From: Candidatus Altiarchaeota archaeon
GTDB taxonomy: Archaea > Altiarchaeota > Altiarchaeia > IMC4 > QMZM01
Assembly (NCBI GenBank): GCA_016931955.1
Contig: JAFGDV010000012.1
Location: 1-64,000 of the forward strand
Reading direction: 5' to 3'
DNA: 64,000 nt
The position numbers and the translations under genes were made by a program. Positions 1 to 10,001 of this stretch are shown piece after piece (position 1 is the first letter of the stretch; every line of letters begins with the position of its first letter). The notes under the pieces were generated by a model. It searched no databases. It saw only the letters and a list, made by a program, of their open reading frames with translations, and had not been told where the DNA came from.

Positions 1-34
1 CAAAGGAGGTGCAAGCGCAAGGTAACGGGATATA

Positions 35-74
35 CGCAATTCCTCCGTGGACTAAAGTCCACGGTATCCTTGCG
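35..74. mobile_element. IS200/IS605-family terminal hairpin (element end or MITE remnant; rest lies outside the window)
   Basis: CGCAATTCCT-CCGTGGACT-AA-AGTCCACGG-TATCCTTGCG: a perfect 9-bp stem (45-53/56-64) containing CTAAAG, in an AATTCCTCC...CTAAAG...GG.TCCTTGCG context typical of IS200/IS605 subterminal hairpins. No tnpA/tnpB is in the window. Confidence 0.65.
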
Positions 75-87
75 TGTTTGTAATGAA

Positions 88-294
88 TCAAAACAATTTT
101 GCCTTTCGTCTATATCTGACCTTCAGATCCTTCAATGTGTAGAGGTCTGGTTCGTCTTCGATGAATTCCCTCAGAGAGCTCTCCTGGACGAGGAGGAAAG
201 GTTTACTATCCTCCCTCTCTTTCAGTTCCTCTATTTCTTTTTCTATCTTCTTAAGCCGCACATCCAGACCCTTTATGGTTTTATAAACGTCCAT
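88..294 (-). CDS. small hypothetical protein (coiled-coil N-terminus, acidic C-terminus; antitoxin-like)
   Basis: 68-aa ORF with normal composition and an AT-rich upstream region. The C-terminal ESSLREFIEDEPDLY resembles small archaeal antitoxin-like proteins. Confidence 0.55.
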   Translation of the reverse strand: MDVYKTIKGLDVRLKKIEKEIEELKEREDSKPFLLVQESSLREFIEDEPDLYTLKDLKVRYRRKAKLF

Positions 295-324
295 TATTAG
301 TTATAGCTATTTCAGGATATAAAT

Positions 325-1410
325 CTAAGTTATTTTTCCCAGGATAACCGCTGCTATCTCTTTTATCTCTTCCTCGGTCAAGTTCACCGAAGACGGCAGA
401 TTCAGTCCGTTCATGGAGAGCCTCTCAGCGACCGGCATTTTCTCTCTCCTCAGATGGCATGGCTGCTGGTGTATTGGCGGGAAAAAGGGTCTGCTTTCGA
501 TTCCCTTCTCTCTCAGTTTTTCGATGAGATGGTCTCTCTTTTCTGAGAGGATAGAGTACATCCAGTAGACGTTCTTCGCCCAATCCTCCTCAGGCGGAAG
601 TTTTACGTTAGAATCCTGTAGCAGTGAATTATATAATGCAGCTATTTCCCTCTTTTTTTCCACGAAGCTGTCGAGTTTCTCCAGCTGCGCAACACCCACC
701 GCAGCCTGCAGATTCGTCATCCTGTAGTTGAATCCGATCACGTCGTGCCAGTATTTTTTTCCTGGATCCATGCCATGGTCTCTCAGTATCCTCATTTTTT
801 CCATCAATTCTCTGTCGTCTGTGAGACACATTCCGCCTTCTCCCGTCGTTATGATCTTGTTCCCGTAGAAGGAGAAACATGAAATATCCGAGAATGAGCC
901 GACCTTCCTGCCCTTGTATTCTGCGCCGTGGGCTTCCGCTGCATCCTCTACGATGCATAGGTCATGTTCTTCTGTTATCTCCTTTATCGGATCCATGTCG
1001 CAGGGGTGCCCGTACAGGTGTACTGGTATCACGGCCTTGGTCTTCTCGGTTATTTTTTTTCTTAACTTCTCCGGATCCATGCACCAGTATCTTGGATGAG
1101 AGTCTACGAAGACCGGTTTTGCTCCAGTGTAGGCTACTGCGTTCGCCGTGGAGATGAACGTCAAAGTTGGAACCAAAACCTCGTCGCCTTTCTTTACTCC
1201 CAGAGCAGATAATGCCAGATGCAGCGCCGTAGTCCCATTGGATGTTGCCACTCCGTATTCGCATCCGCAGTATCCTGCGAATCCTTTCTCGAATTCGATG
1301 ATGTATTCTCCTTTGGAGCTGATCCATCCGGACTCCAGTGCCTTCACCACTTTTTCCAGTTCTTCCTTCCCCAGGGAGGGCTCCGCTACTGGGATTGTCT
1401 TCTGCGCCAT
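325..1410 (-). CDS. per: DegT/DnrJ/EryC1/StrS PLP aminotransferase, GDP-perosamine synthase-like
   Basis: Motifs SNGTTALHLAL, EDAAEAHG, SFYGNKIITTGEGG (PLP lysine) and GFNYRMTN; in an operon with gmd. Confidence 0.9.
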   Translation of the reverse strand: MAQKTIPVAEPSLGKEELEKVVKALESGWISSKGEYIIEFEKGFAGYCGCEYGVATSNGTTALHLALSALGVKKGDEVLVPTLTFISTANAVAYTGAKPVFVDSHPRYWCMDPEKLRKKITEKTKAVIPVHLYGHPCDMDPIKEITEEHDLCIVEDAAEAHGAEYKGRKVGSFSDISCFSFYGNKIITTGEGGMCLTDDRELMEKMRILRDHGMDPGKKYWHDVIGFNYRMTNLQAAVGVAQLEKLDSFVEKKREIAALYNSLLQDSNVKLPPEEDWAKNVYWMYSILSEKRDHLIEKLREKGIESRPFFPPIHQQPCHLRREKMPVAERLSMNGLNLPSSVNLTEEEIKEIAAVILGKIT

Positions 1411-2336
1411 TCAGTGAACCTCCTGATTCCTTCCTCTATCGAGGTCTTGGGTTTGTAGTCCAGCATCTCCTCCGCCTTAGTGATGTCTGCATACGTTATT
1501 GGAACGTCTCCGGGCTGCTCTGGCTGCTGCTCTATTTCTGCCTTCTTTCCCAGATTCTCCTCTATTAATGAGATCATGTGTTTGAGCTCTACCGTCTCTG
1601 AGTTTCCTAGATTGAATACTTCGAACCTGAATTTTTTCTCCAGGGAAGACAACACTCCATCGATTATGTCGTCTATGTAGGTGTAGTCCCTCTTCGAGGT
1701 TCCGTCGCCGTACATCGGTATCTTTTTCCCGGAATCTATCAGCCTCGTGAACTTGTGTATCGCCATCTCGGGGCGCTGCCTTGGCCCATATACTGTGAAG
1801 AACCTCAAGCATGTTATTGGGATACCGTAGAGGTGGCTGTAGTTGTAGCAGAACAACTCCCCCGCCCTCTTAGAGGCTGCGTAAGGCGAGATCGGTTTAT
1901 CCACTTTATCGTCTTCTCTGTAAGGAACCCTCGAGTTTATCCCATAAACTGAAGAAGAGGAACCGAATATGAATTGCTCTATCCCCAGTTCCCTTGCAGT
2001 CTCCAACAGATTCAGGGTTCCTTCGATGTTGACCTTAGAGTAGAGTATTGGCTCCTTTATTGAGGGCCTGACTCCGGCTCTCGCCGCCAAGTGCACTATC
2101 TCCTCTATTCCCTCATCTCTTACTATCTCTTCGATGGCTTCCTTGTTGAGTATGTCTTCTTCATAGAATCTGAAGTCTTTGTTTTCCAGTGATTTCTCCA
2201 GGTTTTTCTTCTTTATTTTTGGGGAATAGAAGTCATTCAAGTCGTCTACACAAACTACCTTCTCCCCTTTCTCCAGCAACCTCTCACATAGGTGTGATCC
2301 TATGAACCCCGCCCCCCCGGTTACCATGACTGACAT
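1386..2336 (-). CDS. NAD-dependent epimerase/dehydratase (UDP-glucuronate 4-epimerase-like)
   Basis: Motifs TGGAGFIG, HLAARAGVR, SSSSVYG, YAASK and RFFTVYGPRQRP. Confidence 0.9.
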   Translation of the reverse strand: MSVMVTGGAGFIGSHLCERLLEKGEKVVCVDDLNDFYSPKIKKKNLEKSLENKDFRFYEEDILNKEAIEEIVRDEGIEEIVHLAARAGVRPSIKEPILYSKVNIEGTLNLLETARELGIEQFIFGSSSSVYGINSRVPYREDDKVDKPISPYAASKRAGELFCYNYSHLYGIPITCLRFFTVYGPRQRPEMAIHKFTRLIDSGKKIPMYGDGTSKRDYTYIDDIIDGVLSSLEKKFRFEVFNLGNSETVELKHMISLIEENLGKKAEIEQQPEQPGDVPITYADITKAEEMLDYKPKTSIEEGIRRFTEWRRRQSQ

Positions 2337-2337
2337 C

Positions 2338-3255
2338 TTATATCCCCTTGAAGTAGTCCACTGTTTCCTTTAAGCCCTTCTCTATTCCCGTCTTCGGCTT
2401 CCACTTCAGCGCTTTCTCGGCTTTTGAGTAATTCAGGGAACAGTATCTTACCTCGCCTTTCCTCTCTTCCTCGTATGCTGCCTTGGTCTTTTTCCCGGTG
2501 ATGTTTCTCAGCATCTCGAAGATCTCGTTCACAGAAGTCTGTTTTCCAGTGCATATGTTGTATGTTCCATTAACTCCTTCCAGTGCAAGGAGGTTGGCTT
2601 CCACCACATCCCTTACGTAGACGAAGTCCCTGGTCTGTTTTCCGTCTCCAAATATTATTGGTTGCTTGTCTTCCAGCAGTTTTTTGGAGAATATGGCTAT
2701 TACTCCGGCTTCTCCGTGGGGGTCCTGTCGCGGCCCATAAACATTTGAGTACCTTAGTGCTGTGCACTTTAATCCGTAGAGCCTATGGTAGAGGGACATA
2801 TATAGTTCAGAGACATATTTTCCGAGGCCGTAGGGGCTCAGCGGCTTTATGGGGTGTTCTTCGTCCATGGGCAGGTGTTCTGGTTCTCCGTAGATGGCTC
2901 CTCCAGTGGACGCATACACTATCTTTTCTGTATCGTACCTGCGGCAGCATTCCAGCAGATTAATCGTTCCTATGATGTTTACTTCGGCGTCGAAGTCGGG
3001 TTCCCTAACCGATTTTATGACGCTGGCCTGCGCCGCCTGATGTATTACCTTCCGGATATTGTTTTCCTTGAAGACCCTTTCCAGGTCTTCCTTGGAGCGC
3101 AGGTCTAGTTCATGGAACCTTGCGTTTTGGTTTAGATTCTCTTTTCTGCCAGTAGATAGGTTGTCCACTACTACTACTTCATAGCCCCTCTCCACAAGCT
3201 TGTCTACTATATGTGATCCTATGAATCCTGCCCCTCCGGTTACCATTATCTTCAT
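2338..3255 (-). CDS. galE: UDP-glucose 4-epimerase family SDR
   Basis: Motifs TGGAGFIG, YGLGK and RYSNVYGPRQ. Start placed at MKIMV, just after the ugd stop. Confidence 0.85.
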   Translation of the reverse strand: MKIMVTGGAGFIGSHIVDKLVERGYEVVVVDNLSTGRKENLNQNARFHELDLRSKEDLERVFKENNIRKVIHQAAQASVIKSVREPDFDAEVNIIGTINLLECCRRYDTEKIVYASTGGAIYGEPEHLPMDEEHPIKPLSPYGLGKYVSELYMSLYHRLYGLKCTALRYSNVYGPRQDPHGEAGVIAIFSKKLLEDKQPIIFGDGKQTRDFVYVRDVVEANLLALEGVNGTYNICTGKQTSVNEIFEMLRNITGKKTKAAYEEERKGEVRYCSLNYSKAEKALKWKPKTGIEKGLKETVDYFKGI

Positions 3256-3256
3256 T

Positions 3257-4540
3257 TTACCAGCAAAGTCCTTCATAGATTATATCTTTTCTGTGTCTTA
3301 GAAGGTTTCTTCCATCCACTATTATGGGTTTTTTCATCCCTGAGTAGTCGAGTTCCCGGAATTCTTCCCATGCGGTTGTGATGAATGCTATGTCAGCGTC
3401 CTTCAGCGCTTCCTGGGCTGTTTTAGCAAAGGTTATCCTTCCGTTGATTGTTTTTTTGGCGTTCTCCATCGCCTTCGGGTCGTATACAACAACGCAAGCG
3501 TCCTCTTTTAGGAGGTATTCTATCACCGGCAGGGCTTGGCTGTCTCTTATGTCGTCTGTGTTCGGCTTGAATGCCAGCCCTAGGACGGCTGCTTTCTTAC
3601 CCTCCAGTGTGCCCAGTCTTTTCTTCCCCAGTCTCACCATTATCTTGGGCTGTTCTTCGTTGATCTTTATCACGCCGTCCACGAGCTTGGGTTCATAGCC
3701 TAGTTCCTTGGCCTTGTGCACTAGGCCGCGGATGTCTTTCGGGAAACATGAGCCCCCCCATCCAAGGCCTGCGTTGAGGAAGTGCGGTGATATCCTCTTG
3801 TCCATGCTGAGTCCTTCCGCGACCTTGTAGGTATCGATGTCCAATTTCTTGCATATGTTGCCTATGTCGTTGATGAATGATATCTTCGTGGCTAGGAAGA
3901 TGTTGGATGCGTACTTGATCATTTCCGCGGTTCTTGGGTCTGTCCGGTATATCGGGCAGTTGAATCCTCTGTATATTTCTTCCACTGTTTTGTATGCTTT
4001 TTCTTCTGTCGCCCCGATGATGACCCTGTCCGGGTTCAGGAAGTCTTTTATGGCTATCCCTTCTCTCAAGAATTCCGGCGACATCACTACGCCGAAGTCT
4101 CTGCCTGCTTTTTTCCCTGAGTTTTCCTCCAGTATCGGGGTCACCGTCTTCTCTGTGGTGCTTGGGGGCACTGTGCTCTTCACCACCACCACGTGGTAGG
4201 TCTTCTTTTTCTTCAGTGTTTTTCCAACATTTTCGGCGACCCTCTTTATCGGCCTCAGGTCGACTGCGCCTTCGAAGTCTGCGGGCGTCTGCACGCATAT
4301 GAATGTCACGTCCGTGTCTAATATGGATTTTTCTCCGTCGGTTGTCGCCTTCAGTCTTTTCCCTGAATTCTTCCTGAGTATCTCTTCGAGTCCTTCCTCG
4401 TATAGTGGGCTTTTTCCGGCGTTTATCATATCCACTTTTTCCTTCTGTATGTCTATCACCAGGACGTTGTGTCCTTTCTCAGCTAATCCCGCAGCAGTTA
4501 TCAGTCCCACGTATCCCGCCCCTATTACCGAGATTTCCAT
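3257..4540 (-). CDS. ugd: UDP-glucose 6-dehydrogenase (AglM/Ugd family)
   Basis: Motifs GAGYVG, KSTVPP, PEFLREG, GWGGSCFPKD (catalytic Cys) and GLAFKPNTDD. Confidence 0.92.
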   Translation of the reverse strand: MEISVIGAGYVGLITAAGLAEKGHNVLVIDIQKEKVDMINAGKSPLYEEGLEEILRKNSGKRLKATTDGEKSILDTDVTFICVQTPADFEGAVDLRPIKRVAENVGKTLKKKKTYHVVVVKSTVPPSTTEKTVTPILEENSGKKAGRDFGVVMSPEFLREGIAIKDFLNPDRVIIGATEEKAYKTVEEIYRGFNCPIYRTDPRTAEMIKYASNIFLATKISFINDIGNICKKLDIDTYKVAEGLSMDKRISPHFLNAGLGWGGSCFPKDIRGLVHKAKELGYEPKLVDGVIKINEEQPKIMVRLGKKRLGTLEGKKAAVLGLAFKPNTDDIRDSQALPVIEYLLKEDACVVVYDPKAMENAKKTINGRITFAKTAQEALKDADIAFITTAWEEFRELDYSGMKKPIIVDGRNLLRHRKDIIYEGLCW

Positions 4541-4541
4541 C

Positions 4542-5588
4542 TTACACCTTCAGCGATCTTGTGAGTATCTTCATCTCATTAGGGTAGAGGGGCGCATCCC
4601 ATGGGAAGTGTTCGCCTTTCTGCCATCGTTGCCATCTTTCAAGGTCTTCTTCCACCATTATCTTGACGAGTTTCTCGAATCTTGTCTTAGGCTTCCAGCC
4701 TAGTTTCTTCTCCGCCTTGCTGTAGTCTCCCTTGAGGAGGTTCACGTCTAATGGGCGCATGAATCTCCTGTCTACTTTGGTGTGTTTCTGCCAGTCTAAC
4801 CCTACTACGTCGAAGGCTTTTTCCGCGAATTCTTGAACTGAGTGTGTTTCGTTCGTTGCAATAACGTAGTCGTCTGGTTTTTTCTGTTGTAGCATGAGCC
4901 ACATTGATTGCACGTATTCTGGAGCGTATCCCCAGTCCCTCTTGGCTTCCAGGTTTCCTAGTGGGAGTTTTTTCTCTATTCCTAGGCTGATCTTCGCTAC
5001 CGCATTCGTGATCTTCCGTGTGACGAATTCGAGGCCCCTTATTGGAGACTCGTGGTTGAATAGTATCCCGTTGCAGGCGTATATCCCGTATGCTTCCCTG
5101 TAGATCTCTGTCATCCAGTATCCATATAATTTAGCTGCCGAATAGGGGCTCTGCGGCTTGAAGGGTGTTTTCTCTGTCTGCGGTGTTTCCTGTGCGTTCC
5201 CGTATAGTTCGCTTGTTGAAGCTTGGTATACCCTTGTTTTTATTTCGAGTTGTCTTACTGCCTCCAAGACTCTTGTCACCCCTAAACCAGTCACAGCCCC
5301 TGTCCCTATTGGTTGTTCGAATGATGCGCCGACGAAGCTCTGCGCCGCTAGGTGGTATATCTCATCTGGTTCTGATATGGATATTGCTTCTATGACTGAG
5401 CCTGCGTCTACCAGATCCGCTGGTATTAGGTCTATTTTTTCGAATATGTTCAGGTATTGTAGGCGCCAGAAGTTTGGCGTTGACAGCCGCCTGTATGTTC
5501 CATAAACCCTGTAGCCCTTTTTTAGTAAGAATTCTGCGAGGTAGGCGCCGTCTTGTCCTGTTATCCCTGTTATCAGTGCTTTTTTCAT
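4542..5588 (-). CDS. gmd: GDP-mannose 4,6-dehydratase
   Basis: Motifs ITGITGQDGAYL, QASTSELYG, PYSAAK, ILFNHESP and FVTRKIT. Confidence 0.95.
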   Translation of the reverse strand: MKKALITGITGQDGAYLAEFLLKKGYRVYGTYRRLSTPNFWRLQYLNIFEKIDLIPADLVDAGSVIEAISISEPDEIYHLAAQSFVGASFEQPIGTGAVTGLGVTRVLEAVRQLEIKTRVYQASTSELYGNAQETPQTEKTPFKPQSPYSAAKLYGYWMTEIYREAYGIYACNGILFNHESPIRGLEFVTRKITNAVAKISLGIEKKLPLGNLEAKRDWGYAPEYVQSMWLMLQQKKPDDYVIATNETHSVQEFAEKAFDVVGLDWQKHTKVDRRFMRPLDVNLLKGDYSKAEKKLGWKPKTRFEKLVKIMVEEDLERWQRWQKGEHFPWDAPLYPNEMKILTRSLKV

Positions 5589-5729
5589 TTTGTTTATTTT
5601 TATATTACTATTTAGGAATATTGTACATAAAAGTTAATCTTCCATGAAAAATACCTCAACCAAGCCACACAAGACCGCCACCTAACACCTATTCTTTTAC
5701 ACTTACGTATTAATTATATACCCTATAAA

Positions 5730-8700
5730 ATGAATAAAGCAAACCTTTCCCTCATCCTCATCCTATTGAGTGCCTCAGCCAACGCAGCCCTCTGGTACGA
5801 CTCAGACACCTCAGACAGTTTCTATTGGAACTCCCGTATCCCAGTAATCCTGAACGAGTCCCTCGGCGTGGACAGAATAAAGGAACCAGTAATAGTATCA
5901 CTAACGGGCCTGAACTATTCATCCCTTAGAGTAGTCGACCCCCAAGCCCTGCCAGACGAAGAAAAAGAAGTCTATGGCAACGACATCCCATACCAGATCA
6001 ACGGCGACGAGCTGCTCTTCCTGGGCAACGTTCTCAGTCGACGCTCCAAGATCTACTACGTCTACTTCTCAGACGACCCCATCGAGAGAAGGTTCTATCC
6101 CCCACAGGACCTCATCATGTCCCATAGCAGGTACGGTATCTCAGTAGAGAACAGCAAGGCCTTGTGGGAGATCTCGGAGAGGGGCTACTACTTCAGCGTG
6201 AGCCGATACGAGAACAAAGACTTTAATGGGAGCATCACTGCAGCTCAGGGCCTGGAATGGGGCGAACGCATCACCTCAGGAATGGGGTGGGAGGGCTTCC
6301 CAGCGTATGGCGGAAACTGGAACTGCTCTACCCTGGATTCAGGCCCCATCAGGTTAAGGATCAACTGCAGCACCAATCTTTACCCATACAATCTCATCAG
6401 GGTTTATTCCTTCTACTCCGAGAACGCCTTCTTCGAGGTCGAGGAACACTTAGACATCTTTGACGAGGAATGGAGTGATTCCAGGCTGCAGGTCCGCAAC
6501 CGGGTTGACGCCTTATTCAATGAAAGCTGCAACTACTGCTTCAGCAGATACGTTGGTGATGGTTCATTTTATATGGCCGCCCGCGACGTCGTCAACTCCA
6601 CGGGAGGGTTTGTGTTCTGGGTCATGGGTAAGGGTAACTTTTCTGACGTCGGCTTCAGGAAACAACGCAGCGAGGACTCATTCGATTACGTTCTCCGAGC
6701 TAGCCATAACGCCTCCGGCATCGTCAGGTTCCTCTTCAGGGAGGGCGGCATACTCGAAGCCAGGCGAGAATTCGAGCGCTTCATCAGACCATTGGCTTAT
6801 GTGAAGCCCATGGAATATAACAGCTTATCCATTTTCCCCATACCCTCATATGATCGCTTCTATGATAGGGGCTTCGTCGTCGTCCAGGCGGGATCCAGAC
6901 AAGTCTATGGCACAGACAGGGTAGACTGCAGGATAGGCGACAACTTCTTTGCCTTATTCGATGACGGAAGCCACGGCGACCTCCTTGCCTTAGACAACCT
7001 CTGGACTAACAAAGTGAGCTTCCAGGTCACTGAGAGAACACCCACTGGAGAATACACTGTACTCTGTGAGGCACTTGACCGCAAGGGTAACAGCGTATCT
7101 TCTTCCAGCACCTTCCCCGTCTTCGATCATGGAAGCTACCACAACATCGTCTTCTCTGCCGGGGATGTGCGAATCAGGCCGTCTGGTTCAGCCCGTATCC
7201 CAGTCAATGTCTCTAACCTGGGCCACTTTTCTGAGAGCGAAATCTCCTTTGGAGTGGATGCTCCCATTGGCTGGTCTATCTCCCTTCCCGAGGGGTTCGA
7301 CCTTGGTATTAATGAGACCCGGAATGTGTTCATTGTCTTGTCTTCCCCTTCTTCGCAGGCGTTGGGTTCCATCCCGCTCACGGTCAGTACCCGTAGCCGT
7401 GACTCTATTGAGTCCAGTCACAGGATTTCAGTCGACGTGGAATTATTCGACGTAGAATTTGATTCCCAGATCTCCGGAGACGAGGTCTCCCTCAGATTCC
7501 TTGGAGACGACCTTAACCCGGTAGCCTACGCCGATGTCTTGGTTACCCATGATGATCTAACGTCCTCTTACGTCACTGACGCTGACGGTCTTCTCTCTTT
7601 CAGGGCTGACGGCGCGGCTTTTCTTGAGATAGATGTCATTGAAACCGGCTATAAGCCTTTCTCGATCAAACTTGGCCTGCGGGAGAAGGAGGTTAGTTAC
7701 TGGTTCCCAGTCAGTGCTTTCATCATCATCCTCCTGACTCTGTTCTTCTTCCGCCTCTATTGGAGGATGCCTGACAGGGACTACATGGAGGATGCCTTCG
7801 TAATAGCTCTCGTCATTGGAGTCTTCATCACATTGGCCTGGGTGGGCTTCACCATGCGCGGCAAGGAGTCGTTCACTGCCTTGTATTTTCCCGAGGATTC
7901 TTACTCAGGTAATCTCTCAGGCGATTCCACCTCTTTCAGGTATGCTGTGGATTGCTGGGAGCATAAGCCCACCTCCTATAACCTGAGCGTCTTCCTCGGT
8001 TATCAGCTTGTCGACGTGGACTCTTTCCGGCTTGGAGTCGGTGATTCTCTCCAGGTCAGGTACTTGGAGAGAGAGAAAAAGATTAATGTTCCGCTGAGCC
8101 TTGGATTGCCTGCACGCGTTCGGCTTGTCCTCTCTGGGGGTAACCGATCCTATGACATCCACTTCTTCTTAAGGAATAGAGTCCTTAACGTGAGCAATGT
8201 GTCCGTAAACGTGACCTGCGTTGATGGTTTATTGGATGGGGATGAATCCGACTTAGACTGCGGAGGCTCCTGTGTTCCATGCAGCCTCGACCAGGACTGC
8301 GTCAGCCACTTGGACTGTCTCTCGGGTTTCTGTCTGAGGAGAGCCTGCAGTGAGCCGACCTGCTTTGACGGCGTCATGAACCAGGGAGAGCAGATGATGG
8401 ACTGTGGGGGGCCTTGTCTGCCGTGTCACTGCTTTAACCTCGTCACTGACTTGGATGAATCCGACATAGACTGCGGAGGCTCCTGTACACCGTGCAGCCT
8501 CGACCAGAAGTGTGTCAGCCACCTGGACTGTCTCTCTGGCTTCTGCTTTAGCGGCTTATGCAGGACCTCGACCTGCGATGACAAGATCTGGGGTCCGAGC
8601 GAATTGGAGATTGACTGCGGAGGGCCTTGTCCGCCTTGTCCTTCCTGTTTTGACGGCGTCATGAACCAGGATGAGATCGACGTGGACTGCGGGGGATCAT

Positions 8701-10001
8701 GTGTCTCCTGTGATTTACTCTATGAGAACAGGACCCATGTTTCCCTGATCACTGAGTTGGAGGGCTTCATCTCTTCCCTCAGCTTTGACTCCGACGGCTC
8801 CCATGTTGTGGTGGCTTCGAACGGCCTTGAGGGTTACGTCAGTTTACTGGAGAACGGCATCCTCATGTGGACTCAACGGATCCCTTCCGCTCTCACGGAT
8901 GTCCGATTCCTTGACGGGGACCGCTTTGTCTCCCCTTATCCTGGAGCTGACGTCTACCTGTTGGACTTGAATGGCGTGAACCGTATGCCCTCGTTCATGG
9001 ATAAGGCAGCAACTGCTGGAATCGTCTGCGGCGTCTCCCGCGGCTCTGAGGTCTTTTTTGTGTTCAACCGCTCCCAGAATCGTTGGATTTATAGCGTCGA
9101 CTCCCAAATCCGTAGGTTCTCGTTCACCGATAACTGTTCTCACCGCGTCGAGGGCTATAGGTTGAGTGAGAACTTCTCCAGTGTCCGGCTTTTCGAGGGC
9201 AAGAACAGGCTGTGGGATCATTCTGTAAGAGATGACGTCTACAGCGTCGACGTCTCATATAATGGCAGCTTTGTCGCCGTCGGCGCCGGCGGCAGGCATA
9301 TTACCGATGACAACTTCATCTATTTCTTCGACAGAGGCGGGAGGCTTCTCTGGAAGCGTTTAGTGGACTGGAACATCTATTCATTGTCTTTATCGGATGA
9401 TGGCGGCTTTGTCCTGGCTGGCTCTCGCAGCGGCGTCGTCTATTTATTCAACGGAAGCGGCAGCCTCCTCTGGTCTTACGAATCGGGTAGCAGCGTCCTG
9501 GACCTTGAATTGTCTTCTGACGGAAAACAGGGGGTCTTCGGTACCTCCTCTGGCCGTCTCTACTATGTGTCTAATCCCTTAGTCAACTGCAGTGACGGCA
9601 TATTGAACATGGGTGAATCCGACGTCGACTGCGGAGGGCCTTGTCCGCCTTGCCGGGTTGGTATGTGGTGTCGCAGCAGGTCTGACTGTCTCTCGGGTTT
9701 CTGCCTTAACGGCTTGTGCAGGACTCCTACCTGCGATGATGGGGTCCGGAATCAAGGCGAGCAGTGGATAGACTGTGGAGGGCCTTGTCTTCCCTGTAAG
9801 CCGAGGTGTTTCCGCGACAGCGACTGCGGCAGGGACTTCGTCAGCGAACCCTACTGTTTCGGCGAATTCGTCTTAGAGGATGATGTCTCTTTTTCCTGCG
9901 TTGACCCTGGCGTCGTGGAGTCTTACTGTGACGTCTACAATGAGACCCGCCTTGTGGAGGCCTGCGTCGATTCAGTATGCATCGATGGGAGGTGTGTTTG
10001 A
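5730..10001 (+). CDS. giant multidomain secreted/membrane protein (Ig-like domains, two internal TM helices, DUF1616-like segment, Cys-rich DCGGxC repeats, beta-propeller)
   Basis: N-terminal signal peptide; LFDDGSHGD motif; hydrophobic segments at about aa 655-705; seven C..DG..N..E...DCGG.C repeats; WD/PQQ-like blades (LSLSDDGGFVLAGS..LLW). Confidence 0.85.
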   Translation: MNKANLSLILILLSASANAALWYDSDTSDSFYWNSRIPVILNESLGVDRIKEPVIVSLTGLNYSSLRVVDPQALPDEEKEVYGNDIPYQINGDELLFLGNVLSRRSKIYYVYFSDDPIERRFYPPQDLIMSHSRYGISVENSKALWEISERGYYFSVSRYENKDFNGSITAAQGLEWGERITSGMGWEGFPAYGGNWNCSTLDSGPIRLRINCSTNLYPYNLIRVYSFYSENAFFEVEEHLDIFDEEWSDSRLQVRNRVDALFNESCNYCFSRYVGDGSFYMAARDVVNSTGGFVFWVMGKGNFSDVGFRKQRSEDSFDYVLRASHNASGIVRFLFREGGILEARREFERFIRPLAYVKPMEYNSLSIFPIPSYDRFYDRGFVVVQAGSRQVYGTDRVDCRIGDNFFALFDDGSHGDLLALDNLWTNKVSFQVTERTPTGEYTVLCEALDRKGNSVSSSSTFPVFDHGSYHNIVFSAGDVRIRPSGSARIPVNVSNLGHFSESEISFGVDAPIGWSISLPEGFDLGINETRNVFIVLSSPSSQALGSIPLTVSTRSRDSIESSHRISVDVELFDVEFDSQISGDEVSLRFLGDDLNPVAYADVLVTHDDLTSSYVTDADGLLSFRADGAAFLEIDVIETGYKPFSIKLGLREKEVSYWFPVSAFIIILLTLFFFRLYWRMPDRDYMEDAFVIALVIGVFITLAWVGFTMRGKESFTALYFPEDSYSGNLSGDSTSFRYAVDCWEHKPTSYNLSVFLGYQLVDVDSFRLGVGDSLQVRYLEREKKINVPLSLGLPARVRLVLSGGNRSYDIHFFLRNRVLNVSNVSVNVTCVDGLLDGDESDLDCGGSCVPCSLDQDCVSHLDCLSGFCLRRACSEPTCFDGVMNQGEQMMDCGGPCLPCHCFNLVTDLDESDIDCGGSCTPCSLDQKCVSHLDCLSGFCFSGLCRTSTCDDKIWGPSELEIDCGGPCPPCPSCFDGVMNQDEIDVDCGGSCVSCDLLYENRTHVSLITELEGFISSLSFDSDGSHVVVASNGLEGYVSLLENGILMWTQRIPSALTDVRFLDGDRFVSPYPGADVYLLDLNGVNRMPSFMDKAATAGIVCGVSRGSEVFFVFNRSQNRWIYSVDSQIRRFSFTDNCSHRVEGYRLSENFSSVRLFEGKNRLWDHSVRDDVYSVDVSYNGSFVAVGAGGRHITDDNFIYFFDRGGRLLWKRLVDWNIYSLSLSDDGGFVLAGSRSGVVYLFNGSGSLLWSYESGSSVLDLELSSDGKQGVFGTSSGRLYYVSNPLVNCSDGILNMGESDVDCGGPCPPCRVGMWCRSRSDCLSGFCLNGLCRTPTCDDGVRNQGEQWIDCGGPCLPCKPRCFRDSDCGRDFVSEPYCFGEFVLEDDVSFSCVDPGVVESYCDVYNETRLVEACVDSVCIDGRCV

